Shown here piece after piece: positions 17,414 through 25,326 of a stretch of DNA of 64,000 nucleotides. The notes beneath the pieces were generated by a model. The model saw only the letters and a list, made by a program, of their open reading frames with translations. It was not told the DNA's origin and made no database searches. Numbering within the stretch: position 1 is the stretch's first letter; the number at the start of each line of letters is the position of its first letter. The position numbers were made by a program, and so were the translations under genes. The DNA is from an uncultured Candidatus Saccharibacteria bacterium (lineage in GTDB: Bacteria; Patescibacteriota; Saccharimonadia; Saccharimonadales; Saccharimonadaceae), in contig CAMJQQ010000001.1 of the NCBI GenBank assembly GCA_946408075.1, positions 139,790 through 203,789 of the forward strand, given 5' to 3'.

Positions 17414-19449
17414 TGAATCCAGATGAGAACAGTCCGGCTGGCGAAAATGCGCCAATTCAGCCAGCCGAGCTGAATATTACGCCGGAAAGCAACCCGAACT
17501 TCACGCCAGCCGACATACCAGAAGAGACTCCGGCGGAGCAATCCGACGCAGAACAGGCGAATCCTAGTGAAGCGCCAGCTGAGCAGCCGCTTGAATGGCT
17601 CGAATCGGCTCCGGCTCAAGCTCAGCCGGCAGCCGAGGAGCAGGCGCAGGTTGAAACAACTCAGCCTCAAGCCGACACTCAGCCAGCAGCGCCAATCAAT
17701 GGAGTGCCGCAAGCCACTCCGGTCGCCGATGCTACGACTATGCAGGCGCCAAAAGAGCGCAAAAAGAGCCCAATCGCTCTCATTGTAGTTATCCTACTCC
17801 TTTTCATTGGTGGCGGTGTCGCGGCCTGGTTCTTGCTTAATAAACCAGCCAGCAATAATAACGAGCCGGAAGCCGAACCAGAAGCGGCGGCCGACGTCAA
17901 AATCGCTAACCACTATATGTTCCTCCCGAAAGATTCATCTCGTCAGAAATTTGCTCTTTTCGATGTCGAATCCGGCGCCAAGCTCACGGATTTTGAATAT
18001 GATTCTGATAGCGAATTTATGGGCGGCTATGCGCTAGTTGAGAAAGATGAAAAACCCGCCATTATCAATGAGCAGGGCGAGCTTACGGTCGATTTTGATC
18101 AGTATAAGTCGATCAGATCTTTTGATGCTGGCCTCTATTATGCTAAAGACGAAGAAGGAAACGAGAAAATCATCTTCGGCAATGGCACGGTTCTTGCCGA
18201 TTCGGACGCGGATGGCCTCACCGATAAAATCGATTTCGACTATTCAGATAACTATATTATCTTTAATGATAGCGAAAAACACTATCAGCTCTACGATGCG
18301 ACTGGCAAAAATCTCAAGGAATTCAACTCCGAAGATGAGCCCAGCTTCGAGCGACTTAGGGGTGTTAATTATCGCAATACTTCGCCAGTTCTTCGCTATG
18401 GCGATAATGTAATTGTTTTAGGTCGGGATTACTACCGTATCGAAAAAGAGCTGGAAATCTCGTCGGATTATTCACTCGGCTCCTATTCGGAAACGCTTGG
18501 AGCAATTTCTCTCACTAAATATGACGCCGCCAATCGCGTGCAGGCGCTCTATATTGACGGCGAAATTAAGACCTATTCGGATGCTCCTTGCGACAATATT
18601 GCTATCTCTAACTATGCGACTGCCAAAGATTTTATTACTTGCTCGCGTAATGACGGCACCTTCATGATTGATAGTGACGGCTCGGTTATTGCTGATTATG
18701 ACCTCGACATCTATTCCAAGAGAGTTTTCGAGGCGCTCCCGATTATCGATTCGAAGAACTACTTGAAGCCTACCGATGACGGAATAGTTGTCTACAAGGA
18801 CGGCGAAAAGCTCAAGACCGTCCCGATTGCGAACGACGTAGAAGCTACCTTGGTTTACGGTTACGATGCGGGGCGCTATCTAATTATCGAAAAAGATGCG
18901 TCTGGCGCAGTATTATCATCGACCGTCTATAACATTGATGGCGAGAAGGAGTTCGCTCTCGATACCAAATGCAATAGCTTGGCTTACTATATTACGGAAT
19001 CCTTCGGCTTCTGCGCAAACATACCGTCCGACTACAATGGCGGAGAAGACTTGGCATATTATGTCCTAGATAAAGAAGGTAAAATCGTTTCTGATGTTTA
19101 CTATGCTGGTGAATTCCTCAATGACGAGACAAACAAACCGTCCGTAGTCGCTTTCTGTGATGAAAATCTCGAAAAATGCGATGTCTATAGCGCTGAAGGC
19201 AAAAAGATTGTTGATAGTTCGAAGTATAGCGGCTCTACGGTTGGCGCGCTTGATTCGAAGACGGTGTTCCAAGCGAAGCTCGACGATAAATACGTGCTTT
19301 ATGATATGGCCGGTAAAAAGCTCAAAACCTTCGATGGCGAACTCGACTACGAAGATCCAGGCATTCTCTACAACGAGGAAAAGGAAGTCTATACGCTTAC
19401 TGGCGAACTAATTTATAAAGTTGACGACTCCGTGGTCGAAGAAGAATAA
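17413..19449 (+). CDS. Paralogue 2 of the Pro-rich-tail/TM/beta-repeat family (678 aa)
   Basis: Its start overlaps the upstream stop codon (TAATG at 17411-17415). The architecture is the same: a ~120-aa acidic/Pro-rich tail, KERKKS plus a TM helix, then FALFDVESGAKLTDFEYDSDSEFMGGYALVEK-type repeats. Confidence 0.75.
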   Translation: MNPDENSPAGENAPIQPAELNITPESNPNFTPADIPEETPAEQSDAEQANPSEAPAEQPLEWLESAPAQAQPAAEEQAQVETTQPQADTQPAAPINGVPQATPVADATTMQAPKERKKSPIALIVVILLLFIGGGVAAWFLLNKPASNNNEPEAEPEAAADVKIANHYMFLPKDSSRQKFALFDVESGAKLTDFEYDSDSEFMGGYALVEKDEKPAIINEQGELTVDFDQYKSIRSFDAGLYYAKDEEGNEKIIFGNGTVLADSDADGLTDKIDFDYSDNYIIFNDSEKHYQLYDATGKNLKEFNSEDEPSFERLRGVNYRNTSPVLRYGDNVIVLGRDYYRIEKELEISSDYSLGSYSETLGAISLTKYDAANRVQALYIDGEIKTYSDAPCDNIAISNYATAKDFITCSRNDGTFMIDSDGSVIADYDLDIYSKRVFEALPIIDSKNYLKPTDDGIVVYKDGEKLKTVPIANDVEATLVYGYDAGRYLIIEKDASGAVLSSTVYNIDGEKEFALDTKCNSLAYYITESFGFCANIPSDYNGGEDLAYYVLDKEGKIVSDVYYAGEFLNDETNKPSVVAFCDENLEKCDVYSAEGKKIVDSSKYSGSTVGALDSKTVFQAKLDDKYVLYDMAGKKLKTFDGELDYEDPGILYNEEKEVYTLTGELIYKVDDSVVEEE

Positions 19450-19454
19450 TCAAA

Positions 19455-19480
19455 AGGCTCCGCTCGTCGGGGCCTTTTTG
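19455..19480 (+). terminator. Intrinsic terminator
   Basis: AGGCTCCG-ctcgt-CGGGGCCT (one G-U pair) followed by TTTTT. Confidence 0.6.
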
Positions 19481-19528
19481 TTGCATCTTCATAAACGTGA
19501 TATAATTAAGCATAAGTAAAATACGAAA

Positions 19529-21415
19529 ATGGTGGATTCGAATTCAAACTTACATCCGGCTCAACAACCAGGCGCCAACCAGGTGCCACTAGAGCCAGTC
19601 GCGCCATCCGCTGCGCCGCGCGCAATGAGCCCGCTCGAGGCTGCGCTTGCCATGCGTCGAAATCCTAATCCTACTCCTCAAATTCCAGAACCAGTTAATG
19701 ACCCGACCGCGCCACCAGAATTGCCGCCAGAACTCGTCGTTCCGGGCGTACCGAGCAGGAATGAAGCTCCGGCATCTCCATTAACTAAAGCTGAGCCGAA
19801 GCCGAAAATTCACCATAAACCGCGCAAGCGCCGCATTCAGCACGACGCAGTTAAGCGTCCGGTTGCTCGCAAGAAGTGTTTCACGAAAGAATCCTTCAAG
19901 CGTTATGCGGTTATTGGCAGCATCACACTTGCCGCGTCAATTATTGTCGCTCTCGCACTCTCGTTCTTCACGAACGGCCCGGCCGTAGCACACAAAGCGA
20001 ACCCGTTTGATACGAATGCTTTCTTTGTCCGTGAACGCCAGGACGCTGGCTATTATGCGCTCTATGGCCGCGATGGCAAGAAATACACTGAGTTTCAGAT
20101 TGCGCGCGCCTATGAGTTTTTCGATGGCTACGCACTCATCCGCAACACTTCTGGTGAATATGGCTTGATTGCGGACAATGGTCGCATGTCGGTGAAATAT
20201 GATACCTACGACAAAATCGTTTCTCGCGGCCCTGTCTATATCGCTAGTAAAAATGACAAGGACTACAGAATAATCCTCGGTAATGGTAAGGTTATTGCTA
20301 AGTCCGACTATGAAAACACCTCGGATTTAATCACGAACACAAAAACTCCATATTTCATCTACAAAGAACGCGAAAACAAATATGTAATCTATAATGCTCG
20401 CGGCGATAAAATGCGCACGATCGAGAGCAATGAGCGTCCAGTTATCGACTCTGCCTCAAATCATGATTTCGCTCTCATTACCTATGATAGTCATGCCTTA
20501 ATCTTTAAAGGTGACAGCTATGAACTCGTCGGCGAAACCGATTTCAAGGATGGCTACGCTGTCTCGGATTATAGCTATGATCTGAGCTTAATTGAGCTCA
20601 AGAGTGCTGAAAGCACGGCCTTCATTGTGAGTGGTACTTTTCGCGATGATTATTCTGCGTGTAAGCTAATTGAGCTTCACAATGATGAGAAGCTCTCGCG
20701 TCATTACGCCACTTGTAAGCAAGATGATGGTGTTCATCTTATTGGTAAAGATGGCACAGTCGCAATTTCGCCAATCCCTTCGAATCGCATTTACTATACA
20801 CCGACTGATTTTGCCATGCTAGAAAATGGTAAAATTACCATCTATGTGAATGGTGAAAGCGTTAAAACTATGAGCGATGTTGTTGGTCTATATGATGCCG
20901 AAGGTGCCTACTATGTCGAGCATCTTGATCCAATCGGAAATTACCATTATTCCATCTTCTCGCTCAAGGGCGAACAGATCTTCACGGATTCGCTTGCGTA
21001 TGGTGTTCGCGGCGTAGCTGACGAGAATCGCGCAGTCATTAGCTATGGCGGTAGCTATGGCGACCATGTCGTAATGGCAAAGAAGGGCGCTTTATCCGAT
21101 GGTTATCACAAAATCTATATCGCCAACAGCAATCTGTATGTCGGCGAAAGTGCTGGCCGCTTTACGGTTTTGAACGGCAGTGGCAAAACCATCACAAATC
21201 GCGAATATTCAGACGCTGAGCTCAAAGATGACGGTTCAGTTGTTGCTTATTACGACAATAAAATCGATTATTATAGCGCCGACGGTAAGCTTCGTCTCAC
21301 GGGTCTTAATGCGCGTGGCTATGCCTATTCGTCTAACGAGTATATCGCGCAACGCGACGATTCGGGCAAGTATATATATTACCTACTTGACGGACGCCAA
21401 TTCGCCGAAAACTAA
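19529..21415 (+). CDS. Paralogue 3 of the Pro-rich-tail/TM/beta-repeat family (628 aa)
   Basis: It has its own TGATATAAT promoter (19498-19506). The tail is Pro-rich and basic, followed by the TM helix AVIGSITLAASIIVALALSFF and YALYGRDGKKYTEFQIARAYEFFDGYALIRN-type repeats. Confidence 0.75.
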   Translation: MVDSNSNLHPAQQPGANQVPLEPVAPSAAPRAMSPLEAALAMRRNPNPTPQIPEPVNDPTAPPELPPELVVPGVPSRNEAPASPLTKAEPKPKIHHKPRKRRIQHDAVKRPVARKKCFTKESFKRYAVIGSITLAASIIVALALSFFTNGPAVAHKANPFDTNAFFVRERQDAGYYALYGRDGKKYTEFQIARAYEFFDGYALIRNTSGEYGLIADNGRMSVKYDTYDKIVSRGPVYIASKNDKDYRIILGNGKVIAKSDYENTSDLITNTKTPYFIYKERENKYVIYNARGDKMRTIESNERPVIDSASNHDFALITYDSHALIFKGDSYELVGETDFKDGYAVSDYSYDLSLIELKSAESTAFIVSGTFRDDYSACKLIELHNDEKLSRHYATCKQDDGVHLIGKDGTVAISPIPSNRIYYTPTDFAMLENGKITIYVNGESVKTMSDVVGLYDAEGAYYVEHLDPIGNYHYSIFSLKGEQIFTDSLAYGVRGVADENRAVISYGGSYGDHVVMAKKGALSDGYHKIYIANSNLYVGESAGRFTVLNGSGKTITNREYSDAELKDDGSVVAYYDNKIDYYSADGKLRLTGLNARGYAYSSNEYIAQRDDSGKYIYYLLDGRQFAEN

Positions 21416-21441
21416 AAAATAACCGCTTTCGCGGCTATTTT

Positions 21442-21804
21442 TTATTTCTTCCAGAAATCTCTTTTGTAGAGGCGGCGTGTGACGTCTTCGAGCCTCTGTG
21501 TGCCATTTTCTAGCAAATAGTAATGCCTTGTGTAGAAAACTACAGTTGCAACTAGCGCCAAAGTAATTCCGCCTAGCATCCAATAAACTAGCGCATAGGC
21601 TGCCGGCAGTAATACTCCTGCCACAATCGTTGCGAGCAACATAATAATCATAAATAGCGCAAAGAATAGGGTAACGATCAGATGAATGAAGCGCTCGTGC
21701 TGGAACTGTGCCGTAATGTCTTTATGGTATTGCAATAGCTCAGCGCTCGGCTTTTTCTCTTCGCGCTCGATGTATTCGATGTACGCTTTAAGTTTCTTAT
21801 CCAT
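21442..21804 (-). CDS. Small two-TM membrane protein (120 aa), unknown function
   Basis: I chose the ATG at 21804 because TGCTATAAT lies 6 nt upstream (leaderless layout). There are two hydrophobic helices. Confidence 0.6.
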   Translation of the reverse strand: MDKKLKAYIEYIEREEKKPSAELLQYHKDITAQFQHERFIHLIVTLFFALFMIIMLLATIVAGVLLPAAYALVYWMLGGITLALVATVVFYTRHYYLLENGTQRLEDVTRRLYKRDFWKK

Positions 21805-21868
21805 AAGCAAATTATAGCACGCCCCAGAAAAAGGCCCCGGGCATTACGCTCGGGGCTTGTATCGAAAG

Positions 21869-22789
21869 TCATTCACGTGTCACTGCGCGCAGTCTGAGTT
21901 CCTCGAAAAGCGGTATGAAAGCCTTTCGTGAGTCGACTCCGTCTTCCGGCAAGAGACGCTTCGGCGGCTGCCGTAGTTCCTGCAGGACGTGCTCAATGTA
22001 TTTAACTACGGCGCATCTCAAGATGTCGGAGAATATCGTCTCCGGATTATTGCAGAGTTCGAGTAGTTTTTCAACAACAGTGTAACGCAAGCTGAAATAA
22101 TCATCCCCCTGGTGCGTGGGGCGAGTCCTGCCTTCGCATAGTTCGAAAAGCGGGCTCATTGCGGTGCAGCTGTAATTGCGAATGCTTTTCTGTACGATTG
22201 GCAAATTGTTGTAGCTCATGTCGATGTCGCTCCGCAGCGTCTGAAAAAAGTCGCTGTAGTCGACGCAGAGACCCGAGGCGGTAATCGTGCTCGCCATCGC
22301 CTTTTCGACACTGTCGAACAGTTCGAAAATCGCCGGAAGGTTCGAGCTTTGGAGAATATCCAAAATCAATCCTTCGTCGCTGCGCATTTTTGTAACCGCA
22401 ATGCAACAGCTTCGCGGTCGTGTCGAAAGAAACTCTTTCATTGCGCACGCCGCCGCTTCGATATACGACACGCAGCCCTCCGGCTTATCCAGCTCTACAC
22501 ACTCCTTTTTCAGTGTCTCAATGCGTTCTTTTACGACCGCATAGAGACCTTTGTCGGGCTGTTCGTTGCGATCGCGATTTTGCCGATAGAGCAGATTATT
22601 TTGCTCTTCCATCGCCGTACACATTGAGCCAAACAGAATCGAACGGGTTTCGGGATCGAACTCTTTTTCGAGATATTCGAGCTGCTCGTCGATTTCCTGC
22701 GCCAGGGCCAAAATCGCCATGATGGTACATCCGGACGCTTTGCCGTTTTTGAGTTCGTCTTTTGCTGCTTCAGTGAGATCAAAACGCAT
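21869..22789 (-). CDS. Hypothetical Cys-rich cytoplasmic protein (306 aa) with atypical codon usage
   Basis: Strong SD GAGGAGGA and a ~90-nt 5' UTR. I recognised no motif. It contains CTA, TCA and many CTG codons, and uses a TGA stop. Several overlapping ORFs in other frames point to an atypical composition. Confidence 0.55.
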   Translation of the reverse strand: MRFDLTEAAKDELKNGKASGCTIMAILALAQEIDEQLEYLEKEFDPETRSILFGSMCTAMEEQNNLLYRQNRDRNEQPDKGLYAVVKERIETLKKECVELDKPEGCVSYIEAAACAMKEFLSTRPRSCCIAVTKMRSDEGLILDILQSSNLPAIFELFDSVEKAMASTITASGLCVDYSDFFQTLRSDIDMSYNNLPIVQKSIRNYSCTAMSPLFELCEGRTRPTHQGDDYFSLRYTVVEKLLELCNNPETIFSDILRCAVVKYIEHVLQELRQPPKRLLPEDGVDSRKAFIPLFEELRLRAVTRE

Positions 22790-22972
22790 AAAGTTCCTCC
22801 TCTTGCAGAATTGGGTTTGCTCGCCGTAGCGAGTATGATTTCCGCACTCTTCGCCTATCGAGTAAATGACTAAGATAGTTAAAGAGCAATAACGTTCTAA
22901 TTATATAACACAAATGCAAAATGTCAAATGCTGCCATCGCCAAAGCCTCGGAATTATGGTATAGTATCTCTT

Positions 22973-24424
22973 ATGAAAGTAGTTACACGTTTTGCGCCGT
23001 CGCCGACCGGCTATATTCACATCGGCAATCTCCGCTCAGCAATTTATCCATACCTCCTTGCAAAGCAGCAGAACGAAGAAGGTAGCTACATTTTGCGCAT
23101 TGAAGACACCGACCAAGCACGCTATGTTGAAGGTGCCACTGAACTTATCGAAGACACCATGAAATGGATCGGTCTTGATTGGGATGAGGGCCCAGAGAAG
23201 GGCGGCGACCACGGTCCATATTTCCAGACCGAACGTCGCGAAATCTACATCGAATGGGCCAAGAAACTCATCGCCAAAGGCCGCGCCTACGCCGACCCAA
23301 CTCCGAGCGAGCAGGTTGCCAAATACCGCGAAGAAGCCAGCAAAAACAAGCAGGCCTTCCTTTATCGCAACTATCGCCCAAGTGAAACGCCAGAATGGGA
23401 GCTCGGTATGCCGCTCCGCTTCAAAGCCGACCCAAAAGATCGCAACTATCATGACGAAGTTTTCGGCGATATGCATATGGCGCCAGAAACCCAGGACGAC
23501 ATCATCTTGATTAAAGCCGACGGTCTGCCAACCTACAACTTCGCACATATCGTAGATGACGCAACCATGGGCATTACACACATTTTCCGCGGCCAAGAGT
23601 ATCTTCCAAGTATGGGCAACTATCTCGCGCTCTATGAGGCGCTCGACATTGAAGCACCAAAGTTTGTCCACCTTCCGCACATTCTTGCGCCAAGCGGCAA
23701 CAAAAAGCTCGGCAAGCGTGATGGCGCCAAATCGGCCGTAGATTACCGCGCGGACGGCATTTTGCCAGAAGCTATGCTAAACTTTCTCGCCTGCCTCGGC
23801 TGGAACGACGGCACTGAAGATGAAGTTTATAGCAAGAAAGATCTCATTGAGCGCTTTAGCCTTGACCGCATCCAACGCGCCGGCGCTCGCTACGATGAGC
23901 AAAAGCTCGTCTGGCTCAATGGCCAATGGATTCGTCGCCTATTCGCCGAAGACGCAAAGGCTCTCTATGCTCGCACGCAAGATTTTTGGCCAGAGCTTGC
24001 GGCCGGCTATGACGACGATTATAAGTTCAAAATTTTCAGCATCATCTACGACCGCCTCAAGACTCTTGGCGACCTCAAAACTATGACGACCTATTTCTTT
24101 GAAGATCCGAAAGTCGATATGGATGTTTTGACGAACAATAAGGCTCTCAAAAAGCTTTCCGAGCACGAACTCTGTAATCTCTTGCGCAAGGCTGTCGAAA
24201 AGCTCAGCAGCCTCAACGAATGGTCTGCCGAAATGCTTCAGCAGGCCCTCAACGAACTGCTCGCCGAAACCGAGCAAAAGCCAGCCACGCTCTTCGGTCT
24301 CATTCGCCTCAGCGTCAGCTTCGCGCCATTCAGTCCGGCGCTTCACGATACTCTGAGTGTCCTTGGCAAAAACACGACGCTCGCGCGCCTTAATGCTGTA
24401 ATTACTTGCTTCGGCAGGGATTAA
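22973..24424 (+). CDS. gltX: Glutamyl-tRNA synthetase
   Basis: VVTRFAPSPTGYIHIGNLRSA (HIGH) and KKLGKRDG (KMSKS-like). I chose the ATG at 22973 because TGGTATAGT lies 7 nt upstream; the track ORF starts at 22928. Confidence 0.9.
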   Translation: MKVVTRFAPSPTGYIHIGNLRSAIYPYLLAKQQNEEGSYILRIEDTDQARYVEGATELIEDTMKWIGLDWDEGPEKGGDHGPYFQTERREIYIEWAKKLIAKGRAYADPTPSEQVAKYREEASKNKQAFLYRNYRPSETPEWELGMPLRFKADPKDRNYHDEVFGDMHMAPETQDDIILIKADGLPTYNFAHIVDDATMGITHIFRGQEYLPSMGNYLALYEALDIEAPKFVHLPHILAPSGNKKLGKRDGAKSAVDYRADGILPEAMLNFLACLGWNDGTEDEVYSKKDLIERFSLDRIQRAGARYDEQKLVWLNGQWIRRLFAEDAKALYARTQDFWPELAAGYDDDYKFKIFSIIYDRLKTLGDLKTMTTYFFEDPKVDMDVLTNNKALKKLSEHELCNLLRKAVEKLSSLNEWSAEMLQQALNELLAETEQKPATLFGLIRLSVSFAPFSPALHDTLSVLGKNTTLARLNAVITCFGRD

Positions 24425-24434
24425 GGAGAAAAAT

Positions 24435-24746
24435 ATGCCTGCACAAAACGAATCTTACTTTGACGGTGGCCTCCTCCAGCTCATTGGCTGGAAAATTCTT
24501 GGCGGCCTTATCACGACTATTACTCTCGGCATCTGTCTGCCTTGGGCCTACTGCATGGTCTACGGCTGGGAGGCAAAGCACACGGTCATTGATGGCCGCC
24601 GCCTCACTTTCGATGGTACGGCCGTTCAGCTTTTTGGTAACTGGATTAAATGGCTCCTACTTACTATTATTACCCTCGGCATCTATGGCTTCTGGGTGAG
24701 CATCAAGCTCAAGCAGTGGCGCACGAAACACACTCACGTCGCTTAA
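24435..24746 (+). CDS. Small two-TM protein, DUF898 (YjgN)-like single repeat (103 aa)
   Basis: The SD AAGGAGA is present. The motif LITTITLGICLPWA...DGRRLTFDGT...LLLTIITLGIYGFW resembles the DUF898 repeat. Confidence 0.5.
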   Translation: MPAQNESYFDGGLLQLIGWKILGGLITTITLGICLPWAYCMVYGWEAKHTVIDGRRLTFDGTAVQLFGNWIKWLLLTIITLGIYGFWVSIKLKQWRTKHTHVA

Positions 24747-24792
24747 AAAATGGGCCTCCGGGCCTATTTTAGCTAATCTACGACAAAAGAAA

Positions 24793-24811
24793 ACCCGCCA
24801 TACCGGCGGGT
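24793..24811 (-). terminator. Intrinsic terminator for the minus-strand small gene
   Basis: ACCCGCC-atacc-GGCGGGT. On the minus strand it is followed by TTTCTTTTG. Confidence 0.6.
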
Positions 24812-24859
24812 GAAAAATCCAAAAGGATACGTTTCTGTATTGCGAGGGGCGCAGCATCT

Positions 24860-25018
24860 TTAGAACAATAATCCGTTGACCGCATTCCAAAGGTAGCCGA
24901 GGCCCGATCCGAGAAAACTAACTGCAGGCGCTACGAGATGAGTGATAATGAAGCCTGCGACATAGGCGCACGCTCCAATAACGACACACGCGAAGAAAAA
25001 TCTGCAAAGTTCTCTCAT
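24860..25018 (-). CDS. Unannotated small hydrophobic peptide (52 aa)
   Basis: Below the ORF-track length cutoff. The sequence is MRELCRFFFACVVIGACAYVAGFIITHLVAPAVSFLGSGLGYLWNAVNGLLF. AAGGAGGG lies 6 nt upstream of the ATG, a TGGTATAAT promoter sits at 25060-25068 (minus strand), and a terminator lies downstream. Confidence 0.6.
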   Translation of the reverse strand: MRELCRFFFACVVIGACAYVAGFIITHLVAPAVSFLGSGLGYLWNAVNGLLF

Positions 25019-25059
25019 GAGAATCCCTCCTTTCGGTGCATGGAAAAATCCACCTACTA

Positions 25060-25068
25060 ATTATACCA
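25060..25068 (-). promoter_or_regulatory. Extended -10 promoter (TGGTATAAT) of the small peptide gene
   Basis: Reverse complement of ATTATACCA at 25060-25068. It predicts a ~34-nt 5' UTR containing the SD. Confidence 0.55.
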
Positions 25069-25326
25069 TAAAATCGCACAAATAGCAAGTACGTGTGCGG
25101 CTAAGCTAACGGAGCAAATCTAGCGGTTACTTTTTTGCATATACATTCGCGAGTTTTTTGTGGGTTTTTTCTAGGATTAATTCGACAAGCATCGAGTCGC
25201 CGACCATGAGAACAACATTATTATAAGCATAAGGGCTTGTTGCGAGAAGTAATAATTAATCAAAAGCCGATTATTACCTTCTGACACTAGTCCATAACAG
25301 ATAAAACATGCTAAAATATAAGTATC

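Noticed and set aside
19529-19560. T-loop-like strings (GGATTCGAAT at about 19533; GGTTCAAATC at about 5426), examined as possible tRNA genes.
   Set aside because: Both lie inside well-supported coding frames. Neither has a flanking acceptor, D-arm or anticodon-arm complementarity. I found no tRNA, rRNA, tmRNA or SRP-RNA signature anywhere in the window.
22928-22972. N-terminal extensions implied by the longest-ORF starts in the track: 22928 (gltX), 9086, 13384, 26612, 33574, 34824, 37390, 45036, 45294 and 21810.
   Set aside because: In each case a downstream ATG is preceded by either an SD or a -10 box at leaderless distance, and it matches the canonical protein N-terminus. The extension has neither.
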